Positions 38,301-49,298 of a DNA stretch of 64,000 nucleotides are shown here, piece by piece. The DNA comes from Euglena gracilis (taxonomy: Eukaryota): contig CP154954.1 in the NCBI GenBank assembly GCA_039621445.1, forward strand, positions 25,184,954-25,248,953, read 5' to 3'. The position numbers were made by a program, and so were the translations under genes. The notes beneath the pieces were generated by a model. The model made no database searches. It saw only the letters and a list, made by a program, of their open reading frames with translations, and was not told where the DNA came from. The first letter of the stretch is position 1; each line of letters starts with the position of its first letter.

Positions 38301-41300
38301 AGCCTTGGACCCCCGGGGGAGTGGGGGGGGTTGGGTGGATAGGTCAGGCTGAGCCCCCACCCCCCTAGGGGGGGGGGGTCGCTCCGGAGGGGGGGGGATA
38401 TACTTTTTTCCCAGCGCCAAAAACTTTAAAAAAGGTGCTTGTTTTAGCAGTTCGCGATTTTGGCCATTTTCGGAGAAAGGTGGGTGGGTGGGGGGTCCCC
38501 CCAGGACCCCCCCGGGGCTGCCCCCCCCCCCCAAGGGGAGGGTGGGTGGCCCCCCCCCGGTCTTAAAAAAAAAAACATGGCATGGGGTCCCTTTTTGCCG
38601 GGTCCAGCCTGAAACTTTTCAAAAATAGCCAACAAAGTTGTTTTGGGGGGTTTTGGGCGTTTTCGGGGCTGTCCTTAAGTCCTTTCAGCTGTCATATTCT
38701 TTTCAAAACTGCGTTTTGCAGGACATTTTTTTGGGCATAGTCCGATTTCGGCCAAGCCTGGCCAAAATCGAAAAACAGATGTATGGATGTATGGATCCCA
38801 CTGACACTGTGGTTCCAGATTTGTAGAGGTGGGAAATCAGGGCCCGGTTGGCTGTGGTCATGCTGTGAAGCGGAACACTGATCTCGACCCAAGAACCTGA
38901 TTTCAGAGGCGAAACACTGTGCAATGTGCAACCCCCCCCCCTCCCCGAAACCGGTATGCCTGTGAACCTGGCAGGGTTTACTGTAACCTACCAGTACCGG
39001 AAGTTGTGAGGGTTCCCACAACACCATCACTTAAGGTGTCTGCGCCCCCCACGCCCCCGGTACCGACTGGCCTGTCGCGTGCCAGTTCCTGGGGGGGGGG
39101 GGGCACCCCCTTTTCCCGAAGCCCCACGGGTGCAGTCGGCCGGCTCGGATCGCCCCTCTCCGCTGCCCCCCTCCTCTGCGGTGGACCGGGGGGCGCGCTC
39201 TGCCTCGCCGCCGTCACCGCCGGGGAGTGGCCCCTCCTCTCGCCGTCGGCACCCAAAGCCTGTGGTCCCCTGGCCTTGGGGCGTCGCACAGCAGGCTGGG
39301 CGGGAACCCCCAAAACCCCACCGGTTTTGGCCCGAACCTCCCACCCCCTCCCGTATTTTTGTTTGCGCTGTTTTTGGTCAACTTTTCCTTCGGCACCGAA
39401 AGAACCTTTCCTCGTGCAATGGTGGGTGGGGAGTCTCTCACCTCCTGGCTTGGGGGGGGGGGTGGCTTCTCATACTGCCCTGGTAGGTTGAGGTGACCAG
39501 GCGACCTCGACGGTGGTTGTGGGGGATGTGACATCTCCCCTTTGGGCAGATTCTCTTCCCTGGCGTTTTTAGTCGAAATGTTCATACGTTTCTGCTTTTT
39601 TGCCGATTTTTTTTGGGCGGCCAATCTTGCACTGTAAGCGTGTTGTCTTGAACTGTGCAAACCTTCCAATTTCTTCCACTTCCTGAAGCTTGGGCTCAGG
39701 TTTTTGAGGTGCCTGGCGACCCACCGGTCCTCCGTGCGTTGATCTTCACCATTTTCCAGGATTTTGAAAACTCGGTGAAAGACGAAGGTTCGTCATTTCT
39801 TTTGCCCTTAAAATTATTCCGAACCTTGGGGGGAAAGCCGAACAAGTTAATTCTCAAATTCTTACACACCATTGGCTGAAACGGTTAGGGAGGTGAATCA
39901 GAAATCCTAAAAGACGCATCCCCTTTTGGGGTCTGGAACTTTTCGGGTCTGGAAATGATGAACACAACCACGTGTAGTCTCACAACAACAGTGACAAGTG
40001 CCCCTTGTCAAGCTTTTTTTTGGAGTCGTGTTGCAAAACATGGGGAATGAAAGTTTCATAAAGCAATTGATGATCCCTTTTCACACCGGACCTCGTTCTT
40101 TTTGTACAGATAATTCTCCTTCAACTTTGTTCAATGTGTGCATTGTTTTCTGAACCCATCTGGGATGCTCGGCCCCTGTATCATCAAATTAAACGCCAAT
40201 TAAAGGTTTCATACCTGAATAAGAGATGAGGTTCGCACTTGTCGAGTGATAAAGAAAAGTACGTCCGCTGTGAAAGGATGGATGTGTTGACTGAAAACGC
40301 TTGGCATTCAGGTGGTATATGATGCAGTATCGCCAGCTGGAGTCCACTTGAACCCCAACGTTGGCCCTGGGTGGTTGCGTGCCAATGGGGCTGCGGGTTC
40401 AATGGGTTGGCGGGGATGCCGCGCACCGTGTGTCGGCATCTTCATTGGACAAATCCCCCCAAAAATGCCGGGAATTATTTTGAACAATGAGGTCTCGCGA
40501 ACCTGAAGAGAGTTTACACCAAATCCTGAGGTTTTCCCAAGTCCAAGGAACACAAGAATTCTTAACCTCCAAAATTGCCGAATGAAGCATGCAGCAACGG
40601 TGATTTGTGAAGGAAATGATTCTAGGATTGGCGCAAAGCGCCAAATAATTTTTTTTTGGGCGTTCACTGAGGAAATTGTATTTTTTCTAAATTTTATGGG
40701 GAAAACCTGGACGGTATATGAATCAAGAATATTTCCTGCTGTTAAAGTCCCGCCCGGTATGGACATTAGCCAGGCTTTGAATAGGAATACTCCGGCACAC
40801 CGTGCACACACCTGCCACCAGCCGAGGGACGATAAAGTAAAGGGGGGAACAAGCAGCGGAGTTTGTGTTTTTTGGGGACCTTTTTTTGAGGATTTTGGAA
40901 AATTTCTAAGGCTTTTTAAGGCATTTTTTTCCCTCAGCTAAAACGTCAGACCCCGAAGACGGCCCGATGGCTTCAGACTCCCCTGTGGCTTCGGAACGCC
41001 CAAGGAAGAAGCCTAGGGCGAAGCATGGGGCTCAGGGCGGTCCATGAGGGACAGTTATTGTCAACAGGCAAGCAAATGTTCTGAATAGGGTCAGAAATTT
41101 AAAGTAATTGCAATGAAAAAAATGGATGTTTCGAGTTTGACCCACTCTGTATCCCATGCAACAAGGCGCTGAGCAATGTGTATGGCGGCACACTGCATGG
41201 GCACGCGTTTGGTATTGCTCACATGAAAAGTCTGATTATTTTCTCGGTGTTCATGAGGCTATGTGTGGGAGCACGGGTTGCCGCATTGCGGGTCTGCAAA

Positions 41301-44300
41301 TCCGCAATTGCGGTTTGGATATCCACTGTGTCATTTTGCCACTGTTGTTGCAAATTCTCAATCCTATTTGCGATATTCGAGATTTTGGGTGTGAAAGCTT
41401 GCAAATTCAGCAGGAGTTTCTCCATATGGCAAGATTTCTGCTCCAAACGAGAAAGTCTTTCTTCCAACTGCTGCACATAAGTGCGGGGATCAAAACTTTC
41501 GCATGCTTGGGCAAGAAAGTGGGAAAAATTCGCCGAATCACCGCTTAATTGGAGAACGCGCTGTTTCGCTTCTTGAAATGCTGTGGCAAGTGTGGGAAAC
41601 TGCTCCAGTATAGTGAATTGCCCCAAATCGGGAATTTTTTGTTGTTCATGCAACTTTTGCTGCAATTGCACTTTTGAGCAATTTGGGTTGACTCCTCTAA
41701 GAATGTCTCAAGTAAATTCAAATCAAGAAAGACGTGGTTGCAAGTTTTGCTTTTCCTGGCCGTGTGTCACAGCCTTTGGTGAACCGAGGCCAACCGAACT
41801 ATGCCAGAAACCTTGGCAAACAATCCGGTTTTCATATTGTTTGTTCACAACCGCTTCTGCATTGACTGGCTTTATGTCTGCCATTATTTGTTTGGTGCAA
41901 GAAAAAATTTCTCAGGGAGAATTTTTAAGGTTTTTTAAGGTCATCACAGGGAAGAAAAACTTCCCCTGTGGTGATTTTTTTAAGGTTTTTTAAGGCATTT
42001 TGGCAAAAAATTTAAGGGGTTTTAAGGTTTTTTAAGCTTTTTTAAGGCGCCTTAAAGAGAACAATGCCTGCTGACTGGCTTCCCGAAAAAAAGTGACCGA
42101 GTGATTTTTCGAAAAGTGGAGTGACCCCCTCCCCCCCCCCCCCGGGGGTCGGTAAAAAATTGTATGCTTCCATCCCGGGGGGGGGGGTGCAAGGCGGGGG
42201 GACCGGGGACCCCCTGGGGTGTCCCTCGAGAAGCAGCCTGGCAACATCTTTTTCTGTTCTTCCTCAAAATCGCGCAATACCAACAAAATCCCCAACAAAA
42301 TCGACGAAGGAATCTGTCCCCCAACCCAGCCCCTTTCCTTCCAAGTCCAAGCCGGCAACAACGAGGTCCCCACCGGTGGTCCGCAGCACCGACCTCATGT
42401 GCTGGCGATTCCTCTGGTGCCGGCCAAGGATGGCATTGCTGTCCGCTGACTCCATTGTCTGCAATTTGGTGGTGGGTGGGAAGCCTTCCGGCTCTGAGAC
42501 AGCCCCCCCCCCCCCTAGTGCTCCTCGAGCTGGCGTGGGAGATGTTGGGAAGCGTCCCAGACCAATTCTACCACTGCATCACTGATGGCCAAAACTCAAC
42601 AGTTTTTTCCTGAACTGCGTATCAATTTCCCCTCAACTTTCAACGATTGCTCATGTTTTTGCTTTTCTCTTCCTGTGTCTTTTTTTTTTGGCTGAAGCAG
42701 TTCTCACGAGACTCCAACGAGTATTTCTCTCATGTGGAAGAGACCGAAGCTATTTTTTCTTATATCATTTCTTAAACAACATCGAAGGCAATACCATATG
42801 CGATTTTTGTTTTCATGAAATGATTCATTCAAAGAAAGGATTTCAATCATTGTAAATATGAAAATGTTTTAAAACAAAAAGATGGTGACCCCCAGGGGAT
42901 TGGGTTTGGTCCCCTTGCAATGCAAAGCCTGCCAATGGTGTTATTCACAAAAAGCAGAAAGGTTTTGGGTGTATATGAAATTTTTCCAGCTCGATTCCTC
43001 TATTTTTGCCAAGGAAAGTTTGATTTCTAAATACTAAATCTAAAAACCCCTTTTGCGGGTCTTCAAAATCCCGTCCAAATATAAAGCCGGGGGAAGAGGT
43101 CTTGAATTTTTTGTAGGGTTCACCGGAAATGACATTTTGGGTGTGAACTGCCCGGTGGGGGGCGTCCCCCACTTCATCTGCTCATTTGCTCAATCGACAA
43201 AATGTTGACCTCTTAAGTGCGAAGTAGGCCAACTGTGAATTTGGCCCATCGTTTTCCCCCTTGAAAAGGGAACTGCTCATTGCGCTTTAAATTATTGTTA
43301 CTGTTGTTGTAGTTGTAGTTGTTGTTTGTTGCTGCTACTGCTGCTGTTAAAGTATTCAACAATGTTGGTGAGTGAAAGGCCAACCGCCCGCACAGGTACG
43401 AAAATTTTCAAGCCACGTGGCTCGCTGCCCGAAGGTCGCCAGGACCGTGGCATTGCATTCCAGTGCCGACGTTCTGCCCGCCGCTGCCCGCCATTTGTTT
43501 CTCACCCACCCCGCCTTATTTCTCCCTGACAGGGTTCGACGTGCGAGCTTTTGGGTGGTTCCCCCATTGCTTATGGTGTTTTTAACCCCCCCTCCCGGCG
43601 GGGGGGTGACTGATTGGGTTTTTGGCTCCCGAGCCGTAGAGTCAGCCGGAAGTTTTCCAAAGTGGCCCCCAGCACCGAAGGCGCCCTAATTTTTTGGGGG
43701 GGGGCAACATCCATTGAATTTGAGCCATTTTTGGCTGGGTAGTCAGAGTGACCGCCCCACCAAGGGTGGGGTGGGAAGTGGGTGACTGGTTTTTGAAAAG
43801 CGATTGACTGATTTTTTTGAAAGTGGCCCCCTCCCCTCCCCCAGGGTTGGTGACCAATGGTACCACTGGATCTTTCCCTCCAGTTTTTTTCCCCCAATGA
43901 CACCCTGTTCCGGAAATTTCAGCAAATCGTTGGCAAAGGAAACCATGCTCAGCATTGCATTTTCCCTGTTTTTTGAGGGCGAAAAATTTGACAAAGTATG
44001 ATTTTCTGTGAGTCCAGAATTTTCCGTTCTGTTCATCCTTTTTTTTTTTAACAAGAGGGAAGTCCATACCCCAAGAGGGAGGTCCACAGCTGCCTTTATA
44101 TCCAACCCTCCCCGCCTCTTCCATTTCATGCTGACCTGACACGAGGCCCACACTTATGACTGCTGGGAACCTGCATTTTTTGATTTCAAGGAAACATTGC
44201 TTTTTTCAAATCAAAAATTTGAAGGTGTTTTCCAGCACATTGATCGAAACACAACGTAAAGAGGAAATGAGTTGTCCAGCGCTCTTTTGGGAGCATTTTC

Positions 44301-47300
44301 TTGGGGATATTTTTAACTTTCCTTTTCGAAAAAAGAAGGTATTTTTCACCACTTTCAAACATCTGTGATTAAGGTTAGAGTCTGCTGCGGCTGGATTTGA
44401 CTCCACTTCACTCCGGGAGTTGGGGAGCCTTTCTCCAGCCCTGGAACCCTCACCCTCTTTGGCGAATTCAATGGCAATAAATTTGGTCGCCAATGGGGAT
44501 GCTTCCGCCCCGTGCGCACTGTGTGGCGCACCGCGTGCACCGCGCGAGAAGAATCCCTTCGGAACGTGCAATTTTCACAAATTTCCACCAGTACCCCATT
44601 TGCAGTTGATTTCCATATTTTCTTGTCTGGTTTCCTGCAAATCAGCAACTCTTGGCGGTTTTTGGTCGTTTTTTTTGTCCATTTTGGACCGCTTTTGGCT
44701 TTTGGTCGCTTTGGGCTGCATTTGGCAATTGAGACCACTTTAAGCTGTTTGAATGCATTTTTGGCTCATTTATACCAATTTTTGGCCGCTTCTGGCCATT
44801 TTTGTGCATTGTGGTCACTTCAGGTCGCTTCTCAATGCTTTAGCCACTTTTTGCCCATTTTTGACCACTTTTGTCCATTTTGTGGCCACTTGGACAGACT
44901 CAGTGGCCATTGGTACATACTTGGTGAGATCTGATGGAAAAATCAGATGATTTGGGCCAAAAAAGCAACTAAAAACAATCAAACTGCTGGGACAAAAAAG
45001 TTCAAAATTAGTTGAAAACATAAAATACCCCAGGCCAACTTTTGGGTCAAATAACAAATTTTCCAACGTTTTTCAGAATTTTTTTTTGCAGTTTGGAGTG
45101 TTGCATTTCCTAGTTGGAGCTCACACAGGCCCAGTTCTACACGTTCCAGCCCCCCTCCCCTGCAGGGGTTTTTGACGGGCTTAAACAGTACCCAAAACGA
45201 CGTTTTCAGGTATTTTTTCACCTTAATACCCTGCCAGACCCCCCTCCTTGGCAGGTTCTAAAAATAGCAAAAAAATTTTCTTCCGGCAGTGCACGCCAAA
45301 AAATGAACAAAAAACGTCCTTGACCCTCACTTTTGTGAATAACGTTGTCTTTTTTTTCTGTTTTCCACATAAAAAAGTGTTCAGAAAAAGAGCATTTTTG
45401 GATTTATATTCGATGAAGAATCAGGGATAATGCAAAAAATTTTCCGGCCCCCCTTCAGTTTCGAGGTAGGAGGAGGGGTCCGACCCCCCCCCCCCCCCGT
45501 GTTGGGAGTGTTGTTCAGGACCCCCCCCCCCCCAAGGCTTCCCACACATCTTTGGGGTGGGTGACTGGCTTTTCAGAGTGACTGACTGGTTCTTCTCCCC
45601 CATGGGGAACTAGCATGCATTTCAAATCCTCCAAAGCGACATGGGTCTTTCATTAAAATACCAAGTGTGCTTTAGAGAGGTTGTATTTATTTAGTGTATT
45701 TTAGCACAAAGTTTTTTCTCTTGCCAGGGAGTCCAAAATGAACTACAATCAAATTCATAAATTTTCATTTGAACAAGCATTATCGCATTAATTGAAACAT
45801 ATATTACAAAACGGATAAAGATTGTATAACTTGTAGAATCATTTTTTGGAGGAGTCATACACTGAGGTTTTTTTTTGAAGGGTTTCTTTTTTGAGTATTT
45901 TTCTTTGTTAAAAAACGCCAGGGGAGCAAATTATTTTTATCGTAGTCTTTAACTCCCCACACTAATGCCCCCACAGGCTCTCCAACCAAACAACGGATGA
46001 CAAACCCCTGGTGAAGAAAAACAAGGTCGGCCAGGGACGATTTCTTTGGCCGCAAAATACCCAAAGCTATTTTTTTTGCAATTTTTTACCTTACCGGTGA
46101 TTTTTAATAATTATCAATGAACGCCATTCTTCAAATAGTGTGCCAATTAGCCATTTGCCAATCAGCAATTTGGAGGTTTTTGGTCATTTGGGGTTTCACT
46201 TTCATCAGGGTTTGACACCCCACCACCTCACTAAGAAACTCACCATTTGAAAAACCCCCGGGGTTTGTAGGATGGGCCAAAGGATGCGATCGGGTCTGAT
46301 GGGTCAGCCAGGGGGGTTACAATTGGGGGGGGGTTTAAATGAAATCATTGTTGGTGAAAGTCCCACCAGGTTTTGCCTGACATGGGAAATGCCTTCCTTT
46401 GGTGGTGTGCTGTATGTCAAGGACCGTATACGGAGGTCCAACCCACCAACCCAACCAACCAGGCCAAACCCTGGAAGAGGAAGTGCTGGATGAGGGGCTT
46501 CCCTTTCCAAATTTCATTCTCCCCGTCAGCCACACATTGCACCTGCGCAGGACTCTGCACACCCACCCTCCTCTGCGACACGCCTTCCTCTGCCTTTGTC
46601 CCCTGTGGCGGTGACAGGCTGTCTTGCACTTGGGAGTCGCCCAAGTCCCGTCCTCTCATGTGACTGGCTTCGAGCCATTTCTCCCTATTCCCCTGCCAAT
46701 CATTTACCACAGACAGTGCCTTCCCCACCCTTCAAACACCTGCTGTGCGACAGTGGCGCAGTACTGGTCGTATATTGATTTCCTTGATGCTCAATTCGAC
46801 AGTGGGAAGTCAGAGGGATCGACATTAGCAAACCCAACCACACTATTGCTGAAGGTGTGAGGCAGAAAGGCCTTCAGCGTGGAAAAAAAAACCCATCCAT
46901 TCCACAGGAACCAGAAATTTTCTGCACCTTCGGCGCTGGGCGGCCATTTTTCTTTGGGCCGACCTGACATGAAAATTCCAGTCAGTCCCTCTGCCTGTGC
47001 ACCAAAATGCATCGAAACATCTGGCAGTGCACGCAACTCCGTTGGCATTGCAGGTTCCAGGGGGGAATCGATAACTGCAATTTGTCCACAATTTTGCGCA
47101 ATTCTCCGCAATTTTCCGCTATTTTTTTCCCCGCACAAAAGGGCGGAAGGAGTCAAGAAACAAGGAGGTGCAACGTAGCATTAACCTGCGGCTTATGACC
47201 AGGGGCTGGTCATTGATTGGACAAGGGGGGGGGGAGGTACCTGTGGCTGGCCAAGCCGCTGCTGGACTCGTTTCCCCCACAAGGGGGCATCCATGCAAGG

Positions 47301-47646
47301 CCATTGGCACCGGCGACAAATGGGGTATTCCGACGATCAGCTCTGTGACCTCATAACAGTTCGCCTCGGATCATTCCGAATCCCGAAGGTTAGGCTGGTT
47401 GGGCAGCCCAAGGCCCCACAGGACCCCCACAGCTATTGCCGCAGCCGGAGGGCCAATCATTTGGTGCCCCAAAGGGGGGGCCCTCCCAAACGTAGCCTCG
47501 GAAGAATCTGTTTTGCAAAGAAAGGATGCTCCCCGTCCCCCATCACTTTGGACCCATGGGCGACAGCAATTTGTCCCCCTCCCATGCATGCACAGGAAAG
47601 CTTGGTGGGGTTTACACCCCCTTTCTCACCACAGCCTTATGCATAA
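29355..47646 (+). CDS. Gene C: ~18-exon hypothetical protein (exons 29355/29389-29429, 29878-30000, 30240-30314, 37520-37565, 37635-37651, 38975-39005, 39136-39261, 42346-42416, 42519-42534, 43413-43462, 43533-43554, 44439-44511, 45114-45167, 46422-46482, 46551-46610, 46754-46801, 47300-47358, 47635-47646; possible first exon 28054-28106)
   Basis: All introns are GT-AG and all phases match, giving one stop-free frame: GFGGCERSFVALMICFAQYLQPR...YHPRTWYLPEPWEPFPGAVRATSHPQRPTLPGFTVTYQYRKFRPAR...VLLELAHVARCPKVARTVALHSRFDVRAFGPGTLTLFGEFNGNKFGRQWGCFRPLELTQAQFYTF...CGVAQYWSYIDFLDAQFDSHWHRRQMGYSDDQLCDLITPYA*. The 5' exons are less secure. Confidence 0.75.
32130..33690 (+). pseudogene. Degenerate KDZ (Kyakuja-Dileera-Zisupton)-like transposase
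   Basis: Motifs occur in KDZ order across frameshifts and stops: TYFGGFFTAFxDG (~32388-32424), EEG...YHxLLLNRFNPNDHP (~32536, 32776-32821), YFGCKEVVDCYHW (~33178-33216), AGEQ (~33487-33498) and M....HYKFHHHVIVMQSN (~33558-33620). Confidence 0.6.
32200..32317 (+). other. Putative euglenid nonconventional (hairpin) intron
   Basis: Near-perfect hairpin at 32202-32313. CAA at +4..+6 pairs with TTG at -8..-6, the borders are R...Y|R, and there is no GT-AG. Removing it joins ...VAKNPAEE in frame to ELTPSIHGVTK...TYFGGFF. Confidence 0.6.
32220..34130. repeat. Dispersed palindromic ~30 bp motif arrays (TGTTYATTTGCGCATTTGCGC / GCGCAAATGCGC)
   Basis: Clusters at 32220-32300, 32445-32535, 32580-32730 and 33685-34127, plus one copy near 34455. 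Copies are mostly in head-to-head pairs. Confidence 0.9.
34790..36712 (+). mobile_element. Second hAT-family remnant bounded by (GGCCGAAAAT)n arrays; exact ends uncertain
   Basis: 10-mer arrays at 34797-34905 and 36626-36682. At 36093-36215 it translates SAARAERTFTQLRHIQTDDRLNM, the hAT dimerisation motif. No clean TSD was found. Confidence 0.65.
35494..35961 (+). CDS. Intronless orphan coding segment (~155 aa) inside the hAT remnant; possibly a pseudogene
   Basis: Very strong C/G third-position bias. Correcting one extra C (~35550) and one missing G (~35658) gives DWVRLPHFPDAEKRTMSHRMLRALLTHADVQLVCTIHARCQSDFGVYTEDQLAKVKLSRVYGRGPYWDGTEYCHYEMTTSGWSYHSFHLQPVYNIVLEDQAVRMFDLCRPIPLHALIQINIDAAEYRVHPEHQHAEWVRTLENHC*. 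Confidence 0.7.
   Translation, partial: SGIHNIVTSADWVRLPHFPRRGEAHHEPPHAPRPPYPCRRAACVHHPRPLPVRLRVYTEDQLAKVKLSRVYGRGPYWDGTEYCHYEMTTSGWSYHSFHLQPVYNIVLEDQAVRMFDLCRPIPLHALIQINIDAAEYRVHPEHQHAEWVRTLENHC
36737..37412. mobile_element. Second copy of the 19957-20478 non-autonomous hAT family
   Basis: CAAGGCAGAACGGGAA...TTCCCGTTCTGCCCTG, with a collinear internal sequence and poly-G on both flanks (G8 TSD). Further partial copies lie at ~48765-48950 (inverted) and ~49140-49166. Confidence 0.85.
37885..38237. mobile_element. MITE with TTTAAGGC internal arrays
   Basis: CAGGGATTTTTTAAGGC...GCCTTAAAAAATACTGCCTG, with GGGGGG on both flanks. A related right end lies at 41913-42070. Confidence 0.65.
41219..41671 (-). 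CDS. Coiled-coil ORF fragment, antisense within a gene C intron; probably element-derived
   Basis: 150-codon open frame with a heptad pattern (YVQQLEERLSRLEQK...ISNIANRIENLQQQW...IADLQTR). It has no ATG start and is flanked by TTTAAGG arrays. Confidence 0.4.
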   Translation of the reverse strand: MQLQQKLHEQQKIPDLGQFTILEQFPTLATAFQEAKQRVLQLSGDSANFSHFLAQACESFDPRTYVQQLEERLSRLEQKSCHMEKLLLNLQAFTPKISNIANRIENLQQQWQNDTVDIQTAIADLQTRNAATRAPTHSLMNTEKIIRLFM

Positions 47647-48089
47647 TGAAGTCGATAACTCCTTCAGCCGACAGGTTCCAAAGGAATATTTTGCCCCAAA
47701 CCGGCGCCCCTGGAAGCGGGGAAAGGGGTCGGTCGACCCCGTCCACCAACGTTACGGAATTCACCGGCAGCCCTGCCCCTCCCCTGGGGTGAAAGGGTCC
47801 TCAGCTATTGCGCTGACCACTGACGACCAGTGACCCACGTCAGATGTCAGGCGTTTTTTTTTGACCCCCAGGGGGTCCAGCTCAGAGGCTGGATAATTTG
47901 GGTTGGCTGGAAAGAGGCTGCTGGTTGAACCCTCTCAGGGGTCCCAGGCTGGAGCTTGCCCAACCCGATGAAACTGCAAGAAATTCAAAAGAAAGCTGGC
48001 AATTACGCAGGAAAAAAAATCAATCTTTTTTACCCCAAATTTGTCTTGCCAGCCTATTTCCGATCCATTTTTGCCCATTCTTTAGCCCA

Positions 48090-48610
48090 TTTTTGCCCAA
48101 AACCATGTTTTTTGACCTCCCGGACCCGGAAAAAGTGTTTTCAGGCCGAAAACGAGCGTTTTCCGACCCGCCAGCGCCCCGTTTTTGGGTTGAATAAGTC
48201 GAAAAAAATCGAATTTTTTTTGCCCGAAAGGAAGGTTTTTGGCCTCCCTGACCTGGAAAAAGTGTTTTTGAGCCGAAAATGAGCGTTCCCCCCCCCCGTT
48301 TTTGACCCGAAACCCATTGATTTTGGGTCAATTTGGGGTCAAAAAAAGTCGAAAAAAATCGAAAAATTTGTTTTTGCCCAAAAGCATGTTTTTTGGCGTC
48401 GCGGACCAGGAAAACCTGTTTTGGAGCCGAAAATGAGCGTTTTTCGCCCCCCCCCCCCCCGCCCCCCTTTTTGGGCCCAAAACCAATGGACTGTGGGTCA
48501 AAAAAGTCGAAAAAAAATAAGTTTTTTTTTTGCCCAAACCCATGCTTTTTGGCCTCCCGGACCCAGAAAAACTGTTTTTTGAGCCAAAAATGAGCGTTTT
48601 TCGACCCCCT
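48090..48610. repeat. ~3.5 tandem units of a 130-160 bp repeat; another copy at ~52925-53025
   Basis: TTGCCCAAAACCATGTTTTTTGGCCTCCCGGACC...GAGCCGAAAATGAGCG recurs. Both sites are followed by TATTAAGAGCTCAGYACTATTCAAAACCTGG. Confidence 0.85.
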
Positions 48611-49298
48611 GGCGACCCCCCTGGCCCTGGTTTATGCCACAAAACCCTTGCATTTCAGTCAAAAGAGCTCCATGGAGTGGGCCGGTTTATATGGGGGGTT
48701 CAATGAAGGGGTGGGGGCGCGCTTATTAAGAGCTCAGTACTATTCAAAACCTGGTTAACGCCTACTGCATATTTTTCACCAATTTCGGCAAAACGGGAAT
48801 TCTGGTCGGGGAATTTTTTTTGAAAAGGGAACCCAAAATAAGTGATTTTTTGATGGAAAACCACGTTGTTTCACAAAAAAACCTCAAAAAATTCAGGTTC
48901 ATAAATTGGTAGTTTTTAGAAGGAGGGTCAAAAAACCGGACCAGAATTTGGCACTGAGCTGGTGCTGAGCTCTTCATGGGACTTGCATGCAACAAAAAGC
49001 CGAAAAGACCTAACATTGCAAATTTCGTGTCATTTGTAAATTATAAATTACGCGAAATTACAGTCTTGCAATTTACAGTTGATTTTCAGTGATTTTACGG
49101 TAATTTCTGAAACGTTAATGAAACCCACCCATCCACCCACCCACCAGGCCTTCCCATTCTGCCCTGCCCCTCCCCCTGGGGGCGTTTAAGAAAAAATTTG
49201 CTCGGAACCATTGACGGCATTGGTTGGTGACATTGCGGCTGGGCCCAGCCCCCCCCCCCCCAGCGTGCCTGCGCGACCCCTCCCTTCAGTGGCATCCG

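Noticed and set aside
42376-42392. GGTCCGCAGCACC shared between gene D (14449) and gene C, suggesting paralogy
   Set aside because: It is only 13 bp, read in different frames, with no other similarity.
46373-46663. Single read-through exon (PYTEVQPTNP...CWMRGFPF)
   Set aside because: It would need a frame correction at 45167. The two-exon model (46422-46482, 46551-46610) fits canonical GT-AG phases with no correction.
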